From an uncultured Flavobacteriaceae bacterium (lineage in GTDB: Bacteria; Bacteroidota; Bacteroidia; Flavobacteriales; Flavobacteriaceae): a DNA stretch of 64,000 nucleotides. The number at the start of each line of letters is the position of its first letter. The first letter of the stretch is position 1. Shown piece by piece: positions 46,248 through 55,165 of the stretch. The notes under the pieces are model-generated. The model did no database searches and was not told the origin of the DNA. It was given only the letters and a program-made list of their open reading frames with translations. Position numbers and translations under genes: made by a program. Location of the stretch: contig CAVXSA010000014.1 in assembly GCA_963764285.1 (NCBI GenBank), forward strand, positions 49,901-113,900. The letters are read 5' to 3'.

Positions 46248-46332
46248 ACTGCATACTGTTCACTGTCTACTGTTCACTGCATACTGCATACTGACTACTG
46301 TTCACTGCCCCCCTGTTCACTGCCTACTGCGA
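46248..46332. repeat. Degenerate heptamer array (ACTGnnn)x12, inverted relative to the CAGT core of the left array
   Basis: actgcat actgttc actgtct actgttc actgcat actgcat actgact actgttc actgccc c cctgttc actgcct actgcga. Confidence 0.92.
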
Positions 46333-46333
46333 A

Positions 46334-46876
46334 CTACCTCCCAGCTTCGTTCAACTCCTCCGGCAGGCCCATTTTATGGGTCAAAGCACCGATTTTGTTT
46401 AAGTCGATATCACCAGTCATAGAGACAAGAACGCTTTCGAATTCCCGGTTTTTGATTCCGATTTTAGTGTTGTCGATGTCCGATACGAAAAGTAGCAGTT
46501 CGCTGACATGGTCTTCATCGCTTCCCTCCTTGACGTAGAATTTTACAGTAGCATCCTTGTCCTTTACACGCATCAGTTCTTCCAAGGTAGAGGATTTCAA
46601 ATACGCTGCGACAGTTGCGCCCATATCTTCCGAAATCTCGGGATCCTGGGTAATAAATACCTTAATACCTTTCAGACTCCGGGCAATATCCGCAAAATCT
46701 TGCGCCTCCTTGTCGCTTTCATCAAAGGCTGCGACATGGCCCGCCAATCGGATCATACTCTGATTAATCGTTACCGAACCTACATCGTCCATATCGTCAT
46801 ACTTATCGAAAACGGACTGCGAAAACGCGAATAGGGGCAAAAGGGCCAAGCTGAGAAATACATTTAATTTTTTCAT
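46334..46876 (-). CDS. DUF4252-family secreted protein
   Basis: Signal AFS-Q; FDKY, LEELMRVKD, VKFYV, VSELLLFV, TGDIDL. Confidence 0.85.
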   Translation of the reverse strand: MKKLNVFLSLALLPLFAFSQSVFDKYDDMDDVGSVTINQSMIRLAGHVAAFDESDKEAQDFADIARSLKGIKVFITQDPEISEDMGATVAAYLKSSTLEELMRVKDKDATVKFYVKEGSDEDHVSELLLFVSDIDNTKIGIKNREFESVLVSMTGDIDLNKIGALTHKMGLPEELNEAGR

Positions 46877-46927
46877 GACTGTTCGTTTAAAATGATTACT
46901 ATTGATTGATGAATGGGTGATTACCGT

Positions 46928-47479
46928 TTACTGATCCTTCCCCGCCTTCTTTAGCTGGTTCCCGCCGGGCAGATCCATTTTATCGGTCAGTTTACTTATA
47001 TCCCGTAGGTTGATATCGCCGGTAAGGGATAAAAGCACCGTTTCCAGATTTCTGCCATCGACTTCGATTTCGGCCTCCTTGAGTCCGGTCACGAACATTA
47101 GCAGCTCTTTTACATGGTCCGCATCCTTACCTTCCTTGACGTAGAACTTAACATTGGAACTTCCGTCCTTGACCCGCATCAGCTCTTCATAGGAAGAACT
47201 TTTTAAACGGGTGGAAACCCAACTACCAATATCCTTTGAAATAGAGGAACTTTCCGTGGTGATGACCTTAAAACTGGTTATGGAATTGACCAATTGGAAA
47301 AAATCTTTGGCTTCGGGATCGTCGGAACTGACGCTCATTTTACCCAGCATCTGAAACATCTTGGGCTGCATGGCCACAAAAGTCACCTGATCGCTGTCTT
47401 CATACTTGTCAAAAATATCCTGCCCGAAGGTTAGGAAGGGCAAAAATGCCAGCATTGATATTATTATTCGCTTTTTCAT
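46928..47479 (-). CDS. DUF4252-family secreted protein, paralog of 46334..46876
   Basis: Signal TFG-Q; FDKY, YEELMRVKD, VKFYVKEG, VKELLMFV, TGDINL. Confidence 0.85.
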   Translation of the reverse strand: MKKRIIISMLAFLPFLTFGQDIFDKYEDSDQVTFVAMQPKMFQMLGKMSVSSDDPEAKDFFQLVNSITSFKVITTESSSISKDIGSWVSTRLKSSSYEELMRVKDGSSNVKFYVKEGKDADHVKELLMFVTGLKEAEIEVDGRNLETVLLSLTGDINLRDISKLTDKMDLPGGNQLKKAGKDQ

Positions 47480-47491
47480 TTTTACAATTTA

Positions 47492-47962
47492 TTAATGGTT
47501 ATTATCGTTTTCGTTTAAAAACCGATTCGTATTTTTCTCAAATTCTTCCAAATAGGACAGTTGTTCGGTGCCCTTGTTAAAGTTAATGGCAAGGAGGGAA
47601 AGGGCTTCTTGGGCCGAGGCGATTTCTTCTTGCGTATATTCATCTTCCAAAACCATGGAATGGGAAGAAGCTGTTGTATCAAAGTTAAAGTAGATACCTA
47701 TCAATAGCGCAACGATTGCCGCGGCGGAAATCCACCCATACCACGCTTTTTTAGAACTCTTGGATTCCAGGTCCAACTGTACTTTTGGAATATATTCTTC
47801 CTTTTTCGCTTCCGAAAAATATCGGAACATGGGGGCGTACTGTTTTAGATGCCCAGCCACTTGGTCCTGGGAAAAGTAGGTGCGCAAAGCTGCTTCCTCC
47901 AAAGCCGTTGTAGTAGCCTCGAAGTATTTTTCCAGTAATCTTTCTATTTTATCCGATTCCAT
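47492..47962 (-). CDS. Putative single-TM anti-sigma factor
   Basis: IERLLEKYFEATTT..EE..LR.YF N-terminus, TM WISAAAIVALLIGIYF; overlaps the sigma gene stop. Confidence 0.75.
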   Translation of the reverse strand: MESDKIERLLEKYFEATTTALEEAALRTYFSQDQVAGHLKQYAPMFRYFSEAKKEEYIPKVQLDLESKSSKKAWYGWISAAAIVALLIGIYFNFDTTASSHSMVLEDEYTQEEIASAQEALSLLAINFNKGTEQLSYLEEFEKNTNRFLNENDNNH

Positions 47963-48458
47963 AACTGTGTTTTATTAACAATTTTTCCCTGACCGTTTTT
48001 CGTGCCCGTGACAGGGCCACGCGTACCGCTGTAGGATTCATTTCGAGCATTTCCGATATTTCTTCGTACTCGTACTGCTCCACGTCCCGCAATTGCAGTA
48101 CCATTTTTTGCTGTTCGGGCAGTTCTTCCATAATTTTGCGAACCCATTTAACGCTGTCGGTGGCCTCTAACTTGGTTTGCAGCGAACTATCAGTATCCGT
48201 GTAGTTACTATGTACCAATTTCAGGTTGCCCGCCTGTCGGGACTTCAACCGGTCAAGACAGAAATTCTTGGTCATGGTCATAGCGAAGGCCTCTACGTTG
48301 TTATAAGATTCCATCTTTTTTTTCTTGGACCATAATTTCATCAGTACTTCCTGTGTAGCATCCTCTGCCTCTTCCCTCGATACCAGCAAGCGCTTGGCCA
48401 GCCGAAATAGCTTGTCCTTAAATGGCATTACGATTTCCAGAAATTCCGCTTGTTGCAT
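47949..48458 (-). CDS. ECF RNA polymerase sigma factor
   Basis: AEDATQEVLMKLW, NFCLDRLK, LPEQQKMVLQLRDVEQYEYEEIS, VRVALSRAR. Confidence 0.93.
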   Translation of the reverse strand: MQQAEFLEIVMPFKDKLFRLAKRLLVSREEAEDATQEVLMKLWSKKKKMESYNNVEAFAMTMTKNFCLDRLKSRQAGNLKLVHSNYTDTDSSLQTKLEATDSVKWVRKIMEELPEQQKMVLQLRDVEQYEYEEISEMLEMNPTAVRVALSRARKTVREKLLIKHSYGIG

Positions 48459-48516
48459 TTTTTAGGATCCAGCTTTGTTGTTTTCGTAAACCTTTCGTTC
48501 GGGTTTACATAATGAA

Positions 48517-48542
48517 GACGAAGTACAACGAATTTTGTTACA
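48517..48542 (-). promoter_or_regulatory. ECF-type promoter TGTAAC-N16-CGTC upstream of the sigma gene, probably autoregulatory
   Basis: Minus strand TGTAAC-aaaattcgttgtactt-CGTC matches the canonical ECF AAC/CGT consensus. Confidence 0.7.
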
Positions 48543-48662
48543 ATTAATTTTTATTCTCCCGTAATGTAAGTATTTTGGGCATCCCCAAACTACAGGTATT
48601 CATATAGTATAGTACCCTATATAAATATATCTGAGGCCCCAAAAGCATTGTCCTCTTCCTTT

Positions 48663-48678
48663 TTGGAACGATAATTGA
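48663..48678 (+). promoter_or_regulatory. Sigma54-like box TTGGAACGATAATTGA upstream of the first S41 peptidase
   Basis: Same GG-N9-TGA geometry as the box upstream of dnaK. Confidence 0.4.
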
Positions 48679-48729
48679 TTCGGTGGCTGTGATTTTTTAT
48701 TCCATATCCAAAAAAAACAGTATTCCGCG

Positions 48730-50268
48730 ATGAAAAAGTATCCAAAGTTCTACCTTATGATGTTCCTCGCTATGGGAATGTTTTTAACGAACTGCTCCCA
48801 TGACGATAATATCGTTCCCGAAATTGATCCGGAAGGGGAAAATCAGAACACTGAAGAACCGGCCCAGACCGCAGCAGATTATCCGGTCCAGGATTTTATG
48901 TGGCAAGCAATGAACTTTTGGTATTTCTGGCAGGAAGATGAGCCCAATTTGGGGGACGATAAATTCACTGGCCCGGAAGATCCCGACTACCTTACCTTTT
49001 TATCTTCCGAGGAAAATCCCTCCGCTTTTTTTGACAACAAGCTGCGTTTTACCGAAGACCGGTTCAGTTTTTTTTCCGATGACTATGTAGAACTGACGCA
49101 GGCTTTGTCGGGAATTTCCCAAAGTAACGGCTTGGAGTTTGGATTGGTGCGCTTTTCCGGTAGCGATGATGTTTTTGGATACGTCCGATACATAATTGCC
49201 AATTCCGACGCTGCTACCAAAGACATTGCCCGAGGTGATATTTTTACGGGAGTAGACGGACAGAGCTTGACAATCAATAATTATCGTGATCTATTGTTTG
49301 GGGAAAACGATACCTATACCTTGAATATGGCCGATATATCTGATGGGACTATTACGGACCATGGTAAGGAGGTTACCTTGACAAAGGTTCCGAATTTTGC
49401 CGAAAATCCCATCCTTAAGGATACTATTTTAGAAGTTGGTAGCTCAAAGATCGGCTACTTGATGTACAACTCCTTTCTCAATGAATACGATGAAGATCTA
49501 AACGACGTCTTCGGTCGTTTTAGGGATGCGGGGGTAACCGACCTGGTGCTTGACATGAGATACAATCCCGGAGGCTCAGTAAATTCGGCACGCTTGCTAT
49601 CGAGCATGGTGTACAGTACGGATACGACCAACCTTTTCATTAAGCAACGTTGGAATTCAAGAATTCAAAACCTTCTAAGCGAAGAACAATTAGAGGATAA
49701 ATTTGCCGATGTCACTCAAAAAGGTACGCCCGTTAACACGCTCAACCTATCAAAAGTGTATGTATTAGCCACTAGAAGTTCGGCCTCCGCCAGCGAACTG
49801 GTGATTAACGGACTTGCCCCTTATGTGGATGTGGTGCAGATCGGGGAAACAACTACAGGTAAAAATGAATTCTCCTTGACTTTTGTTGACGATCCTAACA
49901 ATCCTGGTGGACCCTGGGTTTATGACCCCAGCCGGGAAAGCAATATCAATCCCGATAATCGTTGGGCCATTCAACCCTTAGTGGGAAGGAACGAGAATGC
50001 CGATGGTTTTTCTGAATATACGGAAGGCTTGGTTCCCGATTTTCCATTAAGCGAGGATTTGGAGAATTTGGGCGTTCTTGGTGACCCGGCTGAACCTCTT
50101 TTGGCGAAGGCTATTCAAGAAATCACGGGCACTACAACAGCAAAAAGTAACTTTAGGGTCAAGATGCCTGCCGATGCATTTACCGGTTCTCAAATGTTTA
50201 CCCCGCTCAAAGATATCATGTATTTGGATAAACCATTGAATGTAAGTATTCTAAGCGGTGGGAATTAA
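48730..50268 (+). CDS. S41-family peptidase lipoprotein with PDZ domain
   Basis: LTN-CSHDD lipobox; WQAMNFWYFWQ, DRFS, IGYLMYNSF, LVLDMRYNPGG, SASASELVINGL, GETTTGK. Confidence 0.9.
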   Translation: MKKYPKFYLMMFLAMGMFLTNCSHDDNIVPEIDPEGENQNTEEPAQTAADYPVQDFMWQAMNFWYFWQEDEPNLGDDKFTGPEDPDYLTFLSSEENPSAFFDNKLRFTEDRFSFFSDDYVELTQALSGISQSNGLEFGLVRFSGSDDVFGYVRYIIANSDAATKDIARGDIFTGVDGQSLTINNYRDLLFGENDTYTLNMADISDGTITDHGKEVTLTKVPNFAENPILKDTILEVGSSKIGYLMYNSFLNEYDEDLNDVFGRFRDAGVTDLVLDMRYNPGGSVNSARLLSSMVYSTDTTNLFIKQRWNSRIQNLLSEEQLEDKFADVTQKGTPVNTLNLSKVYVLATRSSASASELVINGLAPYVDVVQIGETTTGKNEFSLTFVDDPNNPGGPWVYDPSRESNINPDNRWAIQPLVGRNENADGFSEYTEGLVPDFPLSEDLENLGVLGDPAEPLLAKAIQEITGTTTAKSNFRVKMPADAFTGSQMFTPLKDIMYLDKPLNVSILSGGN

Positions 50269-50440
50269 CGTCCCCCTGGATTCATACAGCATCCGAAAAA
50301 TATTTTGCTATCGTGCAAAAATACTTTTGAAGGTATTTGGTTTTGATCCCCTCCTAAAAATAACATAGCTTTTTTTGCGTTGTACCATAAGGAAAACCGG
50401 TAGTTCATCCTTATTACGACACCTTTCATCCAAAATAACT

Positions 50441-51947
50441 ATGACAACCTATTTTAAAACGGCAGCATTTCTAGTACTTTTCATAGTATTTTCCTGTACG
50501 ACGGACGATGACCTTTATCTTACTGATACCGTGCAACCCGACCCCGATGCCGGGGTAAACGTGCAGGATTTCATGTGGAAGGCCATGAACTTCTGGTATT
50601 TCTGGCAGGCAGATGTAGAGAATCTGGCCGATAACAGGTTTCCCAATACTCCCAAAGGTTCCATAGCCTATACAGAATTCTTGACATCTGAAACAGATCC
50701 GGGTAAATTTTTTGATAACAAACTGCTTTTTAGCGAGGATCGCTTTAGCTTTTATAACGACGACTACGTAGAACTGACTCAATCACTTTCGGGCATTTCG
50801 AAAAGCAATGGCATGGAATTCGGCCTCGTCCGTATTCCGGGAAGTGACAATGTATTTGGTTACGTTCGCTATATCATCAAAAATTCCGATGCGTCGAAGA
50901 AAGATATCAAACGAGGGGCAATTTTTACCGGTGTTAACGGTCAAACCCTCTTCTCTGATAGAAACAATACACAAAACAACAATTTTGACCTGCTTTTCGG
51001 CGAAAACGACACCTATACCCTGAATATGGCCACCATCGTTGATGGCAGACCCGAACCGAATGGCGAAGAGATTACTTTGACCAAAGAGGCAAATTTGCAG
51101 GAAAATCCCATTTTCCTCGATGAAATTATTGAAACCAACGGAAAAAAAATCGGTTATTTGGTCTACAACGGTTTTATCAATGAATTTGACGAACAGTTAA
51201 ATAAGGTTTTCGGTAGGTTTAAGTCCGGCGGCGTGACCGACTTGATCCTCGATTTGCGCTATAATCCTGGCGGATCGGTAAATACGGCCGCTTTACTTTC
51301 GAGCATGATATACGGTACGAACACCCAGGATGTATTTCTTAAGGCAAGATATAACGCTAAATATCAAAAAATATTAGAGGATAAAAATATCGATGTACAA
51401 CGTTATTTTGCCGATAAAATTGGAAATGGCAACGCATTGAATTCTTTGAAAATAAACAAGTTATACGTCCTGACCACCCAAGGATCGGCTTCCGCCAGCG
51501 AATTGGTCATTAACGGCCTCGAACCTTATATGGATGTGATTCAAATCGGCGAAAAAACACGCGGCAAAAACGAATTTTCGGTCACGATGGTCGACGATCG
51601 GGACAACAATTATCTATATAGCCCGAAACGGATTGACAAAATTAGATCCGATAGCCGGTGGGCCATTCAACCTTTATTGGGCCGTAACGAAAACGCCGAC
51701 GGCTTTTCGGATTATACGGCGGGGCTCGAACCGGATATCCCCTTGAAAGAAGATTTATCCAATTTAGGCGTATTCGGAGCTCTGAACGAACCTTTATTGG
51801 CGAAAGCCCTTCAGGAGATTACAGGGTACCATCGCCGCCAAATCGGATTTCTTCGTAGCCCTGCCCATCGAGACCCTCACCAGTTCTAAAATGCATACCC
51901 CTATTAAAGACAATATGTATGTTACCGATATTCCTGTAATTCGATAG
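50441..51947 (+). CDS. S41-family peptidase lipoprotein, tandem paralog; frameshift near 51830
   Basis: VFS-CTTDDD lipobox; LILDLRYNPGG, SASASE, GEKTRGK. The tail ...KMHTPIKDNMYV in an alternate frame matches the paralog's C-terminus. Confidence 0.88.
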
Positions 51948-52078
51948 TGGACCTTTTTGGGCTTAACTGAAAACCGAATTATAGTCCGCCACTATTTCTA
52001 ACCCTTGAACGATAAAACCGTCCGTTATCCAAAACAAGATTTTACCTTCATGGAATTGTGACCTAAACTACCCCAATT

Positions 52079-52556
52079 ATGAGCCAACCCCTAATCGTGA
52101 ATTTTACGCCGACAGGCATGATTCGGACCAAACAGATGACCGCCCATGTGCCGTTAGCGTCTCCGAAATCGTCGAAGACGTTCACAAAGCTTTTGAAACA
52201 GGTATTACCATCGTGCATTTACATGCAAGGGACGCCAAAACAGCCGTACCGACATACGAAAAAGAGATCTATTCCAAAATTATTGCAGGTATAAGAAAGT
52301 CTACTACCATTGTAATCGGGTTTCACTCAGTGGCCGAAACTTCGGTGCGCTCGAGCAACGTTCTGATCCGCTCTTTTTAGAAAAGGACCTAAAACCGGAT
52401 ATGGGAAGCCTAACGTTGAGCTCGCTAAACTTTAACGCCGTAGCAAGTATGAATTCCCCTGATATAATTAGAGCTTTGGCAACTATCATGAAAGATAGGG
52501 GGTTAGTGCCCGAACTGGAGGTTTTCGATAATAGTATGATCAACTACGCCAAATGA
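52079..52556 (+). pseudogene. Truncated beta-keto acid cleavage enzyme (BKACE/Kce, DUF849) remnant
   Basis: Across frames: LIVNFTPTGM..K...HVP..EIVEDV...GITIVHLHARD...KPDMGSLTLSSLNF...PELEVFD, then a stop. The C-terminal RVGLED region is not found and AT-rich non-coding DNA follows. Confidence 0.8.
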
Positions 52557-53175
52557 ACAATCTAGGGAAGATTCCTTCTTTAGCATAACCTCCTATTTTA
52601 ATAAATCTTCCCAAAAATTTAAGAATAAATTGAATGCCCAACATCTTAAACTTTACCTTTATATAGGATTCTTTAAAAAATGGCATTGGAATTTTGCTTT
52701 AAAAGATTACGACAAATATAGTCTTGCCTAAGGTCGGTTTCGAGTGACTTAGAAGCCTTCTTATGGTCATTTTGCGATAGCGCAAATCTTTCTTCATCGA
52801 AATAAAACCCTCTTGCCGAAGAATCAGATGAAAACAGGTTTGAGTGGCGTTATTTTATAAACAAATCATATGAAAGTAATCCTAGGTGCTATCCAATGGA
52901 TAGAAGAAGAGCGACAACTGTTAATTAGAATCATGAAAGATATTGAACGATAGTTTGGCGAACATTAGGTTTTGAAGAAAGCCCGGACTTTTTACGGAAC
53001 ATTAGGAATAATTCGAAGTTAAAATGTCTAGTTCCTGTCTCAATTCAGTACCTAGAGGTAAAGTCAAAGAAAACCCCCAATTTTTATAAAAATAAAACCC
53101 CAACATTCAAGGGTTTTAAAGGTGATGCTCCGAGAGCCATAGGTTATATTTGTAACATAACCTCGAACCACTATT

Positions 53176-53274
53176 ATGAAACGAAGGGATGTCCTTATCA
53201 ATATTTACATCGCAATCAACATCATCTTCATCATTTGCATGTCATATTATCTGCTGACAAATATTCCCTTTTAG
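53176..53274 (+). CDS. Candidate 32-aa single-TM small protein MKRRDVLINIYIAINIIFIICMSYYLLTNIPF
   Basis: Translated by hand; basic N-terminus plus about 22 hydrophobic residues; TATATTTG promoter at 53145-53152. Confidence 0.55.
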   Translation: MKRRDVLINIYIAINIIFIICMSYYLLTNIPF

Positions 53275-53443
53275 CCATACGGGCTATGAGATTTCTATAA
53301 GAGGCGTGTGGTAGTGGTAGAGATGGGCTCACCCCTTTTTGACTATTCGCTGCAGCCCAGCTCGCATGCCCAACAATTGGCATGAATATTTGCCAAAACC
53401 TTTCTAACTCTTACCATTACCTACTTACTTTAGCATTTCCATT

Positions 53444-54978
53444 TTATCCCAACCATCCCTCGCGGTCCAAACTTCGATATTGTATGGCCTCACCAATATG
53501 AGCACCACTGACGTTTTCGGACTTTTCCAAATCGGCAATCGTCCTAGCAACCTTTAAGTATGCGATCATAGGCCCGGGCAGAAAGATTGAGACGTTCCAT
53601 GGCATTTTTAAGGAATTCTTAGAGGCATCGTTGAGTTGCAGAACTGTCGGATCTGTTTCGTATTCATTTGGGCATTATAATGTACATTCTCAAATTCCGA
53701 TAAAGCGATGGGTTTGGATTTCGCGGGCTGCCGTAACCCGTTTCGAATATCAACACTGCTTTCGCCCTTACGCTCTTCGGAAAGTTTTTCGAAAGGTACG
53801 GGCGTTACTTCGATGTGGATATCAATGCGGTCGAGCAAAGGCCCAGATATCTTGCCCAGATACCGTTTCATTTCTGCGGGAGAGGACGATACGGGCGCAT
53901 CCGGATCGTTGAAATAGCCGCCTGGACTTGGGTTCATACTCGCCACTAGCATAAAACTACTGGGATAGGTCACTGTAAACTTTGCCCTTGCTATAGTCAC
54001 CTCACGGTCTTCCATCGGCTGACGCATTACCTCAAGCACCCTGCGCTCAAATTCGGGAAGTTCATCTAGAAATAGAACCCCGTTATGGGACAAGGAGATT
54101 TCCCCGGGCCGCGGATAACTTCCACCCCCAACGAGTGCTGCACTGCTAATAGTATGATGAGGACTACGGAACGGCCGCTGACTCATCAGTCCCGTATTCT
54201 TGATTTTTCCTACTACGCTGTGTATTTTCGTGGTTTCGAGAGCTTCGTGCAAGGTCATCGGTGGCAAAATGGACGGCAAACGTTTTGCCAACATGGTCTT
54301 TCCAGCTCCCGGTGGGCCGATTAAAATGATGTTATGACCACCTGCGGCGGCGATTTCCATACAGCGTTTGATGCTTTCCTGCCCCTTGACATCGGAGAAA
54401 TCGAATTCCGGAAAATCAAGACTTTTGTTAAATTCCGCACGGGTATCTACAACGGTTTCTTTTAATGCCACTCCTTGATCAAAGAATTCGATGACCTCGC
54501 TAATGTTCTTCACACCGTACACCTTCAAATCCGATACGATGGCGGCTTCCTTGGCATTTTCCACGGGAAGGATAAAGCCCTCGAAACCTTCTTCCTTTGC
54601 TTTGATGGCAATAGGCAAGGCACCCGTGATGGCGTGAAGGCTTCCATCCAATGAAAGTTCGCCCATAATGATAAACTTTTCCAGATTATCGGACTTTATT
54701 TGTCCCGATGCGGTCAGAATGCCCAAAGCCATTGTAAGGTCGTAGGCGGAACCTTCCTTGCGCAAATCGGCGGGCGCCAGATTGAGCGTGATTTTTTTTC
54801 CGGGAACCCTATACCCGTTGTTCAAAAGGGCCGCCGCAATTCGGTAATTGCTTTCCTTGATGGCATTGTCGGGCAGGCCCACCAGGTGGTAGCCCACTCC
54901 TATATCAACATTTACTTCAACGGTTACCGTGGTGGCTTCCACGCCAAATACGGCACTTCCGTAAACTTTTGTGAGCAT
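53444..54978 (-). CDS. comM: YifB/ComM Mg-chelatase-like AAA ATPase; several frameshifts in the last 300 bp
   Basis: [59 protein letters not shown]; tail [14 protein letters not shown] in an alternate frame. Confidence 0.92.
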
Positions 54979-55165
54979 AATTTTTAGATTAGACAAGCCT
55001 ACAGATAATCTAACACATCATCTGCCTTACAACAACATGGTGGATAAAAGAAACAAGGCCACCATGCTATAAGAACCTAAAAAGAAAACTAAAATTGTGC
55101 GGAATTGAAGAAAATAAGTCGAAAACCCAGTGTTGGTCCTAAGTTCAAGCTTTTTAAGCTAACCA

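Noticed and set aside
46076-46294. 72-aa ORF with SVFSVQC repeats, and the arrays as a possible CRISPR
   Set aside because: The ORF is simply the translation of the heptamer repeat; the 7-bp units have no unique spacers and there are no cas genes.
52680-52700. TGGCATTGGAATTTTGC as a sigma54 promoter
   Set aside because: The GG-to-GC spacing is 2 nt too long and no intact gene follows.
53444-53760. comM interrupted by a mobile element
   Set aside because: The full C-terminus is present contiguously across frames; there is no insertion, integrase or att duplication.
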